NCBI GenBank assembly: GCA_951406725.2
Contig: OX597826.1
Coordinates: forward strand, 2,232,001 to 2,296,000
DNA: 64,000 nt
Reading direction: 5' to 3'
Source of the DNA: Octopus vulgaris
Lineage: Eukaryota
The position numbers and the translations under genes were made by a program. The notes below the pieces were generated by a model. It was not told the origin of the DNA, made no database searches, and was given only the letters and a program-made list of their open reading frames with translations. This document shows positions 39,713 to 53,871 of the stretch, one piece after another (within the stretch, counting starts at the first letter, position 1; every line of letters begins with the position of its first letter).

Positions 39713-39748
39713 TTGTGTATGTATACATATACACACATATATATATAC

Positions 39749-39789
<41 letters not shown>

Positions 39790-39790
39790 T

Positions 39791-39997
39791 AGGGAGCGTT
39801 TACGAAAAAAACAAAAGACGAGGACAGGTGGTGTACAAAACAAACATGTATTAGTATAACGCTCAGGAATAGAAAAAGTCTTTTACGTTTCGAGGCTACG
39901 CTCTTCTAGAGAAAGGGGCACAGAAAAAAACAAGGAGAGAAACAAGGAGACAAAAAAAGGAGAGAAAAAAGTGTGTAGTGGCTAACGATCTATCATG
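39791..39997 (-). mobile_element. Family D TA-inserted element
   Basis: Matches 53492-53677; (TA)n on both sides. Confidence 0.82.
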
Positions 39998-40028
39998 TAT
40001 ATATATATTTATACATGTAAATATATAT

Positions 40029-40089
<61 letters not shown>

Positions 40090-40092
40090 CTC

Positions 40093-40507
40093 TCTTACTC
40101 TTTACTCTTTTACTTGTTTCAGTCATTTGACTGCGGCCATGCTGGAGCACCGCCTTTAATCGAGCAACTCGACCCCAGGACTTATTCTTTTGTAAGCCCA
40201 GTACTTATTTTATCGGTCTCTTTTTGCCGAACCGCTAAGTAACGGGGACATAAACACACCAGCATCAGTTGTCAAGCAATACTAGGAGGGGACAAACACA
40301 GACACACAAACACACACACATACACACATATATATATATATACATGTATACGACAGGCTTCTTTCAGTTTCCGTCTACCAAATCCACTCACAAGGCATTG
40401 GTCGGCCCGGGGCTATAGCAGAAGACACTTGCCCAAGATGCCACGCAGTGGGACTGAACCCGGAACCATGTGGTTGGTTAGCAAGCTACTTACCACACAG
40501 CCACTCC
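40093..40507 (-). mobile_element. Full-length family A SINE
   Basis: Reverse complement of the family A consensus seen at 38223 and 47697. Confidence 0.92.
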
Positions 40508-40976
40508 ACACAGAATGACACTAGTAGCTCTACATATATATATATATATATATAACGCTGAGTAGATGAAACAGGGGACAACTGATGAAGGGGGATATTC
40601 TTTGTGCTGAATGTCTCGTTTCTCTGTTTTTTTCGTTGTTTGAAAAAAAGTTCGTCTTCTGTTTTTGTTTTGTTTTCGTTTCTCATTGTATTCAACGGTT
40701 TTTTGATGTTCTATACCCATATATGCACATATATATACATATATATGTAGGTATATCACATTCGATCACAGCACCAGTAACAGTTAAGCTTCGTGCAATG
40801 GCCATACTCGATATTGAGGGGGCAGCCATAATATGTAGGTATGTACATATATGCATATAGTTATATATTATTTATATTATATATATAGGCATATATATAT
40901 ATATTTATCACACACACATAAATATATATATACATACATCGTACATACATACATACACACGCAGACACACACACAC

Positions 40977-41048
<72 letters not shown>

Positions 41049-41049
41049 A

Positions 41050-41306
41050 TTCCAAGACTGTGAATAGTTTTCAGAACATTTATAAAGATGTCTTACAGCT
41101 GTTTCCGGGATATTTTATATATCTCTTCATCAGAGACATCCCGGAAACAGCTGTAAGACCTTCTCTTTATAAATGTTCTGAAAACTATTCACAATCTACG
41201 TTGGACTCCTCATTCGTAACATTATCGAACCTGGAGCTTAACTATAGTCTGTCCATAGCACTTACTCAGCATCACCTTTGAGTCTTCTTGACACCATTAC
41301 CTCTCA
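41050..41306. mobile_element. TA-flanked fold-back element with a hammerhead at the turn
   Basis: Inverted repeat at 41059-41193 (tgtgaatagttttcagaacatttataaaga ... tttataaatgttctgaaaactattcaca), then a unique 3' extension to ~41306. Confidence 0.8.
41087..41140 (-). ncRNA. Type I hammerhead ribozyme with canonical core
   Basis: GATGTCT-CTGATGA-a-GAGATAT-ataaa-ATATCCC-g-GAAA-CAGCTG-TA-AGACATC: perfect 7-bp stem I, stem II 6/7 pairs, palindromic ACAGCTGT stem III, GUA triplet. Confidence 0.8.
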
Positions 41307-41326
41307 TATATACCTCTCACACCCAT

Positions 41327-41394
<68 letters not shown>

Positions 41395-42130
41395 TCAACT
41401 AATAAGGTGAGAAAATTGGATACTAATTTAATAGTACCATCAATTTAACACCAAGTGTCTTAGTGCATAAAAACCGGGAATACAATAAATATATATGTAT
41501 ATATATATATACACATACACAGACACTTATAAGTGTGTGTATGGTGTCTGTGTATGTATATATAATATACGCAAACACACATATATATATGTATATATGT
41601 GTGTATGTGCGTATGTATGTGTATGTGTGTACATATACTTGTCTGTCATATACTTACATCGAAATGGCGATGATCTTTAACTGAGGAAGAATTGAACATG
41701 TCGCATACATCACTTAGTCTTCTTCGTTTGTCGTGTGTTCCTTTCTGTCCCACTCTACATATATACATACATACATACATACATACATGCATGCATGCAT
41801 GCATATATACATACATGCATGCACATACATAGACACATATATATGCACGTATATGTATATCGATGTAGACGGAAGATAAAGGAACTCAATACGTTATATA
41901 AAGTATATGCTTGGCGGTAGACTGTTAATGACTCACATTAATGTTACTGAAAGTTCCATAGTCATAAATGTACGTACCTAATCGATCAGATGTCCGCAAT
42001 GAAATGTGATCGATTTGGGATCTGATCGATTAGACGACACGTGCTTTCGTATGCTTATAAATTTCTGAGTAATGCTATGAGTCATTTCATTAACGGCAAA
42101 GTCACAAATATATATATATATATATATACA

Positions 42131-42178
<48 letters not shown>

Positions 42179-42192
42179 AATATATGCATTGT

Positions 42193-42264
<72 letters not shown>

Positions 42265-42288
42265 AGTATAGATGTTTGTGTGTATATA

Positions 42289-42447
42289 GGCGTAGGAGTG
42301 GCTGTGTGGTAAGTAGCTTCCTAACGACCCAAATGGTTCCGGTTTCTTGTTCCACTGCATGGCACCTTGGGCAAGTGTCTTCTACTATAGCATCGGGCCA
42401 GCCAAAGCCTTGTGGATTTGGTAGACGGAAACTGAAAGAAACCCGTC

Positions 42448-42506
<59 letters not shown>

Positions 42507-42595
42507 AGTGTGTGTGTATACACGTTTGTGTGTCTGTGTTTTTAACCCCCTAACATCGCTTGACAACCAATGCTGGTCTGTTTACGTCCCCGTTA
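42289..42595 (+). mobile_element. Family A SINE, 3'-truncated
   Basis: Head ggcgtaggagtggctgtgtggtaag; ends at tttacgtccccgtt. Confidence 0.88.
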
Positions 42596-42643
42596 CATAT
42601 ATATGCATATATGCATATAAATGTGTATAGTTGTATATCAATA

Positions 42644-42698
<55 letters not shown>

Positions 42699-42734
42699 AT
42701 TTCTATCTATATTTCTATATATAGGTGTAGAATC

Positions 42735-43365
42735 CTTTCAACCATGTGGCTTAGGTCATACTGAAGCACCACCATGATATTGTACTTTTACTTATCATTC
42801 TGCTTTGTTTGATTTCTTCAGAGTGGCCGGGTATCATATCACCACCCCTGCATGTACTTATACCGTGCATGTTGAATATAAGGGCTTTTAAGATACATAT
42901 GGTACTTCATGCCGGGCTGTTGTTTCAGTTCTTTTTTGAAGACATCCATCTCCACATTATGTAGGTTCCTTAATTTTTGTAACAATCGTGGAAGACACCC
43001 CAACCTTTTTCACTATGTAGTTCTGAATTTTAAGAGTATTAAATGTGCTTCTGTTGCAATGCAATGGCGTTCAGTTCGGGTATTTCTATAATACTCGATG
43101 CAAATTGTAGGTAGTTGTCTTTTCAAAAATCTGCATATCTAGATTATTAAACAGCTATCGTGTCTTCATTCCATGGTAAAATGTTGTAGTGTTTTCAGCC
43201 TCTCTCTCTCTAGTTCACCTGCTGTGTTGTTACAATCTTTTGAGAGCACTGACGTTCGACCTCTTCAAGGTCCATTGTTAGTTTGTCGCCCAGCAGTGTC
43301 AACAGTTAAGAGCCATAGTCCAAGCAGCTAAGAGCCAATGTCCTCCAGAGTGTTAACATGATTCT
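42735..43365 (-). mobile_element. Decayed 3' fragment of a CR1-group LINE related to 26241-29778
   Basis: Minus-strand remnants LWRTLALSCLDYGS, ERLKTLQ and IEYYRNTRTERHC parallel ORF2 [22 protein letters not shown] and [13 protein letters not shown]. Tail ggtggtgcttcagtatgacctaagccacatggttgaaa. Confidence 0.85.
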
Positions 43366-43436
43366 TGGTCTGTTACACATACATACATACATTTACATAT
43401 ATGTAAATAATACATATGTGTGTGTGTATGTGTGTA

Positions 43437-43521
<85 letters not shown>

Positions 43522-43569
43522 ACATACTTCCCTTGTACACACACACACATACACACATATACGCACAAA

Positions 43570-44016
43570 GTTGAAACGCTGTTTGATTTTTTCGCTCCTT
43601 TCTTCCATTAGTAGGGCAACAATGGTTGCCCACAGAAGGATCCGAAAGCTGCGAGAGGAAGGTATGATCTGATGGACAAAGCAGAGGAACACCACCCTCC
43701 CGTGGTTCAAAGGAAACAGAAGAAAAAAAAGAAAAAACGGGACATTGCCGGCGGTTTGTGACGCACTGCCGGCGTGTCCCGAAGCACCTTCGGTGGGAGT
43801 TGTGCCACCGGATGAGGAATTTGTGGTCCTCTTCCATAAGGGAGGGACATTAGAAAACTTTGTCATGAAGTTTGAAAGGAAAGGCCTGTGAGAGGGGACT
43901 CTGTCCTGCACAGAGTACTATGAGTGGCCTTCACAGGTGGTTGCGGAGGTCACATGGGAAACCGATCTGTGCAGGATAATGAATTCCTTCCAGAGGAGAC
44001 CTTTAGAATCATGGCA
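43570..44016 (+). mobile_element. GC-richer coding-like remnant between microsatellites, probably retroelement-derived
   Basis: Composition shift and an interrupted frame (VGVVPPDEEFVVLFHKGGTLENF); no diagnostic motif. Confidence 0.3.
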
Positions 44017-44175
44017 AATATATAGATATATGTATATACATATATGGCTATAGTACTTGCATACATTCATATATATATTTATATACATATGTATGTGTGT
44101 GTGCATACACACACGACACTCATGGACGCATGCATATGATTTTTAGGTAGATGAAACGAAACCTGCAACTATTTT

Positions 44176-44226
<51 letters not shown>

Positions 44227-46295
44227 TATCATTCTAAGTAGAAAGCATTTGTAGGATGGAGCGTTTGTGTGGTGAATGCCTGAACAAACGTATTGCCGTT
44301 GTTACTTCTTTAAGTCTAGTTCCTGAGGCCAAATCCTACTTCGGTGGATATTTATAGTGAATAAAATAGTTCCCTATTCAAATTTCGTACTCGACAATTC
44401 ATCTGTGCTTCGCTTCTGCCTTTCTATTTCTCTATTATTGTTGGAACTATTAATTACACTACTACTGTGAATGATGTTCATGTTATTGTTATGGGGCCAA
44501 GAGATTTGAATTTTTTTAGAAACAGTGGAACGTTAATTAGTGCGCCTCATCTACATTTACAAATAACCAATGACACACGTCCCGCGTTTCCATGCTACAC
44601 GTTAGACAAACTGACGACAGTGGTGATAATCCTAGTGCAGAGTATTCGAAACCAGTGTAGGTGATCCCAGTACTAACCAAGATGTCTGCATCAACCTGGT
44701 CTTCCTAAGTAGAAAGAAGGTTCAGAGAAGTACGACTGATGGGTGAGGTTATCAAGAAAGTCTGTAATGTTAGATCCGAAAGTAAAGGGGCCTAGCTTCA
44801 GTTGCATTTTTGTGGATGTTGGTTGACTTCGTGCACCATTGTATCTGCCATTTTACAACAGTATAACTTTTTAACATATCAGGGTGCTAACTCGCCCATA
44901 CTGCCCTCTAGCGTGATCAAGTTCTTACAGTTTTTATTCATGCATGAATCAATAAAATAAAAGCAATATTCTATGATGCTGTCAATGTAATTGATTCTGT
45001 CTTTGACCTTTAACGATGGGCCTTGTGTCGAATCGAACAAAACGCTCGACATATATTGTAATGGAAGACCTGAATATGTTTCCATTGAAATATGTTAATG
45101 ATGTAACTTTATGAAACAAGGTATATATCGAAATGAATGGCTGAAGTATGAATATGGCGATGCACCAATGTCAGTGACCGAAGAACATTTTACACAGAAG
45201 CAATTTAGAGTTAATATTACTGATTCTCTCTTATTGACAAAATGGCGTCCAGTAAAAATGGAGGGAAGATGGAAGTTATGAAAGTAAATGCAATAATGTG
45301 AAAGCGGCAAAATAATATGTGCAAGATGAAATGAAACTAAAAAGAAAGAACAGTGAAATATCTGATGCGTATTAATGTAAGAGAAAATAAAAATAAGAAC
45401 AAAACGATATACACAATTAAAAAAAAAAATATTCCGTAAAAATGATGACGAAGGATTCAGCAGAATTATTTGCTTATGTGTGTGTAAGAGTGAATGTGTA
45501 TGTGTGTTAGAATACGTGTGTGCACATATATGATTGAATGAGATAGAAAAAGTGAGCGAGAGAGAGAGAGAGAGAGGGTGAGAGTGTAAGAAAGAGAGAT
45601 GCATCCTGCAGTAGATGACACGCATGCATGGTTAATTCGGTATATGATCAACATACATGGATAACTTTAGGGTGAACATCGGTTTAGAATAAAAGATGCA
45701 TTTTGTAATGCTTTCTTCTACAAAATGCCGACTCATAGAATATAAAATGTGAATCATAAAGCTCTGCAAACCCACAGGTTAGGTCTCTCTTCCCTATGAA
45801 GAGATAGTTGTTTGAACGCATGGATCTATTGGTAGCAGTGGAAAGTGAATATGAGGAAAGAAAAAAATATATATTGCCGTTGTGCATAGGACAAAAGCAG
45901 ACAAGTCATGTAATGTTTCTGCTTTATTCTTAACTCTTTAGCAAATTATCGTTTATAGAGTACTTGTTAGGTAAGTGATAAGAAAATCCCCGTTTTGTGT
46001 TTCTTAGATCAATAGATTTCTTTGAAATAGGTGATTGATTTACGGCTGGCAGCGTTTTCTGCTGCCGAAATCGAACTTCATACAACATTTCAATGAAATA
46101 TTTGTCAATAATTTTAACGTGAAAACTGTTTAAATTGGCGAATTGTTTCGGCTTGTAATACTTATTTTGTGCTAAGAAGACTCAACCATTAACGGCGAAA
46201 CGTGTAAGCTCTGCACAAATTAAAGACTTGGAGATAAATAGTAAACTTTGTTTATTTATACAGAAAACTCGCTTGGTTCTTCGGCAAGACGTGCG

Positions 46296-46345
<50 letters not shown>

Positions 46346-46346
46346 C

Positions 46347-46394
<48 letters not shown>

Positions 46395-47696
46395 ATATAC
46401 ATATACATATATAATATATGTACACACATGTACGCACACACATTTATATATTTATATGCATGCGTGTGGGTGTATATGCATAGGGATGCATGGACACTAT
46501 GCTGTTTGCAGCTCTCATACTTACAGAACGAATTGAAAACAAAATTAAATCTGCCGTAATGGGACCAAGGAATTAAAATTCGGTTGTTTTGTGGCCTTTG
46601 AAGATGGTTGCATCTCCATTGACCATACAATGCGCTGCAGCCTTGGTATATACATCACGGCTTTGATTCAGTGGCATAAGGATATGCCATCATACCTTGA
46701 TTAGCGGAGACAAGGAAAAGAGTTGTTTTTCTCTATTCAGGATTATATTTCAATCTGGAGACTGATTAGATGTCTGATTATCAAGCATAATCCTCTTACC
46801 TACGTTATTCAGCTGTGTCTCTTTACAAGCCTAAGTAATTTAAAATATCAAAGTGTTTCATGTTAATATAAAAGTTCACCTCAGATACGTTTTCTTCAGA
46901 TTTTCTCAGAGGAGAAATCTCTGCCAAGAATTATCTGAAACGAAATCTGACTACACACATTCAAACTAACGTGAGCACACAGACACACGTACACAGAACA
47001 TATACAGACACCCACGTACACATGTACGCGTAGTCATAGATGTTGATACACACGCTCACACATATTTATATGATATAAGGATAGAAGTAAAGTTAAGTTG
47101 TTCTTTCTTAGCTTCTGTTAATATCAGTATATAGGGAGAAAACTGATTAATCCATATGTTGCTGCCGACCACCATGTAAATTGGTTTTATAGTTATTGAA
47201 GCAGTTTCACAGTCCAGGATAGCCTACTGGTTCATGACAATTTATACGAAACGGAGACACACTCGCAAAGAGTGGAGTATTTCCTTTAAGAATATTTTCA
47301 TGGTCTACACTAAAAGTTTAAACAAATTCACACGTTGTTTTTCATAATTAAATGTGTAACTACCGGAGGTGTGAATTTAGACGAGATTATTTTATAGATA
47401 ACGGACACGGTACCAGCCGGAAGAACTGGGTTTGATTGAAAGATATAAAAACTGCATAGTGGTTCAGACTAATAGCTAACTGATGATTCAGATTGTTTTG
47501 CAGGACATCAGTGAAGGGAAGGAATACTCAACAAATTATTCCAAATCAAAACATCAAAATGGTACATTTTATTGTCTCAAAACGCTGTAAATCACTTAAC
47601 TTAGAGGGTGCGACTATTTCAACAGGCAACATTGGACTGGTACTTATGAGCTGCTTGCAGTAAAAAGAACAAAGATGAAGGACAGAAAATCACTAA

Positions 47697-48105
47697 GAGT
47701 GGCTGTGTGGTAAGTAGCTTGCTTAACAACCACATGGTTCCGGGTTCAGTCACACTGCGTGGCACCTTGGGTAAGTGTCTTCTACTATAGCCTCGGGCCC
47801 ACCAGAGCCTTGTTAGTGGACTTGGTAGGCGGAAACTGATAAAAGCCCGTCGTATATATATATATATATACATACATATATATGTATGGATGTGTGTGTG
47901 TATATGTTTGTGTTTGTCCCCCCAACATCGCTTGAAAACCGATGCTGGTGTGTTTACGTCCCCGTAACTTAGCGTTTCGGCAAAAGAGAATAGAATAAGT
48001 ACTAGGCTTACAAAGAATAAATCCTGGGATCGATTTGCTCGACTAAGGGCGGTGCTCCAGCATGGCCACAGTCAAATAACTGAAACAAGTACAAGAGTAA
48101 AGAGT
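47697..48105 (+). mobile_element. Near full-length family A SINE
   Basis: CORE-like ggcaccttgggtaagtgtcttct; tail ggcggtgctccagcatggccacagtcaaataactgaaac. Confidence 0.92.
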
Positions 48106-48777
48106 ATATTTGGAGACGGCATACTTATACGATATCTGCCAAAAGAAAAAAAGAAACTCTTCTTATTCTGCGTATAGGAACAAAGATTACTACGAGTGCC
48201 AAACCAGACTTTCACAACCGTGTAGGAGCGATAGTTATAGGTAAGAACTACAAATGCTAAATTTGCGTACATCAATCTTGGTCAGGATGCTATAAACAAA
48301 CCAGAGTCGCACGGATCAGCGTTGAATGATATAAACTCATGTAAGACGTTCGTCTCCACTCGGACGAGGAGAGACGTTTCCTTGGGGAAGTTTCACGGCA
48401 TACATAATGCGTAGAAATTCATTGGGCTATAAAAAGCGACTTTCTGCATTGTTGCGTATCGTCAGCAGAGAACACTGAACACATTCTTTACTGCCCTATG
48501 TGAAGTGTAATTGACTTTTTATGTGGCTGAATAGTGCACCTCTTACCATACAGCCACGCCGGAACCTAGAAACAAAGAAAAAAAAACAAGTGAAATAGTA
48601 AGAAAAAATTGGATACTGTGAAAATGATAAAAACAGCTGTGATGGAAACAATAAACTATACACCGGTCGTTGCATTCCCCTTAACCAAGACAATTTAAGT
48701 GTTGTACAGATTAAATTTCATTTTCTTGTCCTTATCTCCCCTTGTTTATGCACTGACAGCGCTGACAGTAATATATA

Positions 48778-49412
48778 GGCGAGCTCTGGCAGAAATATTA
48801 GCGCACCGGGCGAAATCCTTAGCGGTATTTCGTCTGCCGCTACATTCTGAGTTCAAATTATGCCGAGGTCGATTTTAACTTTCATCGTTTCGGGGTCGTT
48901 TAAATAAGTACCAGTTGCGCACTGGGGTCGATATTATCGACTTAATCCGTTTGTCTGTCCTTGTTTGTCCTGTCTGTGTTTAACACCTTGTGGGTAGTAA
49001 AGAAATAGGTATTTAGTCTGTCGCTGTGTTCTGAGTTCAAATTCCGCCGAGGTCGATTTTGCCTTTCATCCTTTCGGGGTCGATTAAATAAGTAACAGTC
49101 ACGCACTGGGGTCGATATAATCGACTTCCTTCGTTTGTCTGTCCTTGTTTGTCATCTCTGTGTTTAGCCTCTTGTGGGTAGTAAAGAAATAGGATATATA
49201 TAGGCGAGCTCTGACAGAAACGTTAGCACGCCGGGCGAAATGCTTAGCGGTATTTCTTTTGTCTTTATGATCTGAGTTCAAATTCCACCGAGGTAGACTT
49301 GCGTTTCATCCTCTCGGGTTCGATGAATTAAGTACTAGTTGCGTACGCAATCGTTCTGATCTACTGACCCCTCCCCACAAATTTTGGGCCTTGTGCCTAG
49401 AGTAGAAAAGAA
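48778..49412 (+). mobile_element. Tandem family B SINEs
   Basis: Heads at 48778 and 49203, with a duplicated body at ~49010. Confidence 0.9.
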
Positions 49413-49457
49413 TATATAGGCATTTATTTACTAGAATTCACCAACTTATATTTCATC

Positions 49458-49507
<50 letters not shown>

Positions 49508-49574
49508 CATACCAGACATTATAATTTCAGGCATGCTGCAGAACACCCTTACAGAATTGTACTTGAATGAATTG

Positions 49575-49895
49575 ATCCCAGTACAATTTTTTTGTTAAAG
49601 TCTGGCACTTATTCTGTCGTTCCGTTTTGCTGAATCGCTAAATTACGTCAAGGTATACACGTCAACATCGGTTGTCAAACGATGGTCTAAGTCAAAAATA
49701 GACACAAATGCAAATACACGCGCACGTACACACACATACACCACATACACCACACACGCACACATGTATATTTATAAACAGACGACGGGTTTCTTACAGT
49801 TTCCGTATACCAAATCCACTCGAAATGCTTTGGTTGATCGTAGGCTTTCGCTGAAGACACGTAGTGGGACGGAACACAAAACCATGAGGTTGAGT
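49575..49895 (-). mobile_element. Decayed family A SINE
   Basis: gacgacgggtttcttacagtttccgtataccaaatccactc and catcggttgtcaa. Confidence 0.75.
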
Positions 49896-50151
49896 AGTAC
49901 ATAATTAAAAATTTTACCTGTTACCAAAATTATATAAATTAATAGTGTTAGCCCACTAGAGTTATTTTCCTGTAGCAGATTATATTAGATTACAAAGAGG
50001 GTTAGTGTTGCGTGTAAAAACGATGTGTACGTGAGAAAAGACTGATCAAACACTGACATTTACCTCGCAGACTTCTGGCATACAATGCCTTTCATGAAGT
50101 CGTTCATCTATGCATTCACAGATCTCGTGTACTTGAATATATATATGTATG

Positions 50152-50215
<64 letters not shown>

Positions 50216-50279
50216 TATATATACATATATATACATATATATGTATATACATATATATGTATATATATTCATATGTATA

Positions 50280-50323
<44 letters not shown>

Positions 50324-50421
50324 CATATGTACATATATATGTATATACATATATATATATATGTATATATATATACATACATACATATGTACATATATAT
50401 GTATATACATATATATATATG

Positions 50422-50460
<39 letters not shown>

Positions 50461-51285
50461 GTGTGTGTGTGTGTGCACAAAAACAAAAACGCACATATAC
50501 ACACATACATGTATATTTGTATGTACAAATACTTTTATGAATATATATATATACACACACACGTACACACAAACATATATATATGTATGTGTGTGTGTGT
50601 ATATTTGAATGTATATATATATGTGTGTGTGTGTATATGAATGTGTTGGTTATGAATGTATATATATATATATATATATATATTTGTATGTGTGGGTGCG
50701 TGCGTGTGTTTGCATATGCTCGTCTTTGTGTAGCAATGTGTCTGTATGTATGTATGTATGTTTGTATGTACGTATGTATGTGTGATTGTATGTATGTATG
50801 TATGTATATATATACCTACATACATGCATATATATAAATATATATATATATATGATGCGCTTTCGCGTAAGCAATATACACAGAGACAACAAACTTGATT
50901 AAACCACTTCATGCTACCAGCTTTTGGTCCTTGTAGATAAGTTTAACTACACGTTCGCATTAAGATATATATATATATATACACATACATACACATATTT
51001 TATCTATCTATAAGTGTGCGCGTTTGTGTGCGTGTATGTGTGTGTATGTGTGTGTATACAGCTATAGGCTTTTATATTTATGCAAATACGTACAAATGTT
51101 CGTTTCTGTATGTTTATAATTATACGTTTGTACGTTAGTCTTTACACACACACACATACACACACACACATACACACGCACACACTCATACACACACACA
51201 CAAACAAACATTCACACACATACATACACACACGCACAGAGGCACACAGACACAGACACACATACACACACATTCAGGCACACAT

Positions 51286-51366
<81 letters not shown>

Positions 51367-51511
51367 TGTATGTACGTATGTATATGTTTGCGTATATATA
51401 TATATATATTTGTATATATATATACACACACACACTTATATATATGTGTGTATATGTATATATATAAATATATATATATATATAAATATACATACATACA
51501 CACACACACGT

Positions 51512-51544
<33 letters not shown>

Positions 51545-53428
51545 GAACAACAACGCGGAAGGATATACAAGGCAGGGGTTCTAATTAGAGTGACTTCATC
51601 TGCAACATTGATAGCTATTTGCTCCATATTCCGATTCTTAGTTTACTGCCAGGTAAATTAAACCTCTTGTATTGAGAGCCCTTTCACTGTACAGTAACCT
51701 ATAAAATTACTAAGATGACAATTTAACTCGATTATAGTTTTCCTATTCTTCCATATCGTTTCCCTGCCATTTATCTAGCCTTGTTTCCTTCGCTCTGACT
51801 AACAGAGCATTGACGGACATATGGAGACAGAAAGTTTGCCGACTCTGACGAATTCGTCTGTTGAATTTCGCAGCAATGTTGGACAATGAAACATTTCAGC
51901 CTTAGGTAATGCTTATTCTGTTTCTTAGATTATATTTTGTCTTTTTTCTCTTACTCACCTTACGTTTATTGTTCGAGTTCCCTGGCTTCCATCTCGCCAT
52001 TCGTTAATTCTGTCTATGTTGTCTTCATAGCTGTTTGTCTTTCATCCTTCCATTCATTTTTCTCTCCATTACTTTCTATAGGTACCTCTCCACGGATAAA
52101 TGTACACACATAGGTATACATACTAATTTTGCTTCCAGTATCCCCCAAGTATATATTTCTCTCCTTTTTCTCTATATACTTATGCGCTCTACGGTTACAT
52201 TGGTATACATAGATAAAATGACACGCAAGTATATGTACACTATATACACACACAGAGATCATATGTATATATATATATATATACCTTCTCATTCTGGATG
52301 AAACTAGTAGTGATGCATATTTCATTTTCCAATACATAGAAAGGGACCTATGTATATATATATATATATATATATATGCAAGTACGTACACACGCACACA
52401 CACGCACACACAAGCACATACACACACATTTATATATGTAAAGTTCACAATGAGTGACTGACAATTTGACAATAACTTATCAAAATACCCAATACAATTT
52501 ATATTAAATAGAACATAATCAAATATTCAGAAATATTCAAAATTCCTCAGGTCACTTCTCAGCTTATCAAAAGGAAAATGTATTAGGTGTTATCTCATAC
52601 AAAACTGAAAACGTGCTGGGCGGTCGAGGAGCCGCTTATATAATCTATGCAAGTATGAAATACGTGTGGTTTAATCTTTAGGTAGATGTATCTTAAGACT
52701 TATATGATCCTATGAAGTATTATGTTAATACTTACAATGTCTCCTGATTAGTGATTTTACAAAAATATGTCATTATGACCTATTGAAGACGATGATATTC
52801 CCGCCATCACGAAATGAGTATTATATAATATTCAGATATATATGGACGCTAAACGACCACCTTGTTTTGGGTTCAGTCCCACTCCACGGTACCGTGGACA
52901 AGTGTCTTTTTGTATTGTCTCAGGGTGAGAAAATGACCAATGTTCTATGAATACATTCTAGTAGGCGCAATATGTATAGAAGTCTGTCATATATATGTTC
53001 ATCAAAGAAAAGGATCAAAGGTATTTGCCTACTCATAGTTGCATCCGGCCGGTTTCCTGGGTTGTGTGACGTATAAATGGCGTATATAGTAATATTAAAC
53101 CCTGTTACACGATCACGATGATCGCAGATGTTCTCCATATGTCTAAATCTAGTGTTGAAAACTAACTCTATCAATTTCGTTACACCGGCATGCTCAATAT
53201 TTGGTCTCTATATTAACTGATTGGGGAAAATTTCATTTCATTTAAAAGGGATAAATCAGAGAAACGATACGTTTTGGGGGAGATTGACGATAAGGGACAA
53301 AAAATGGATAAACTATAACAACGTGAAACGCAAACAATCATGGAGAAAACCTTGTGCTACACTTTAAAGAATAAGAGAGCTGGATATCATCCTACCACCC
53401 AAAGAAAGTTATGCCTTCACTTTGGTAG

Positions 53429-53491
<63 letters not shown>

Positions 53492-53495
<4 letters not shown>

Positions 53496-53703
53496 AAAGT
53501 GTACGAAAAAAAAAACAAAGGACGAAGGCAGGTGGTTTACAAAACAAACAGATGTATTAGTATAGAAAAAGTCTTTTACTTTTCGAGCCTACGCTCTTCT
53601 ACAGAAAGGGACACAGAAAAAACATGCAGAGAAACAAGGAGAGAAAAAATGTGTGTAGTGGCTAACGATCTATCATGGCGACTGACTTCGGACAGAAGGG
53701 TCA
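53492..53703 (-). mobile_element. Family D TA-inserted element
   Basis: Minus strand cttt-CTGTAGA-a-GAGCgtagGCTC-GAAA-ag-TA-aaaga at ~53572-53608. Confidence 0.82.
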
Positions 53704-53871
53704 CACATACACATATATATATATATACACACAAATATAAACATATGTATATATATGCATATGCATATGAATACCTCTATATGTATGCATACATATATAC
53801 ATATATATATATACAAGAGCGTGTCTATCTATACTCATATCAATATACATAGTCACTCACAGGCAAACACA

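Noticed and set aside
40578-40620. CTGATGA in family F as a hammerhead core
   Set aside because: No downstream stem II/GAAA/stem I' arrangement, and the motif is not kept in the 32085 copy.
44605-44660. CTGACGA...CGAAAC as a hammerhead
   Set aside because: Stems I and II do not pair in register and there is no valid cleavage triplet.
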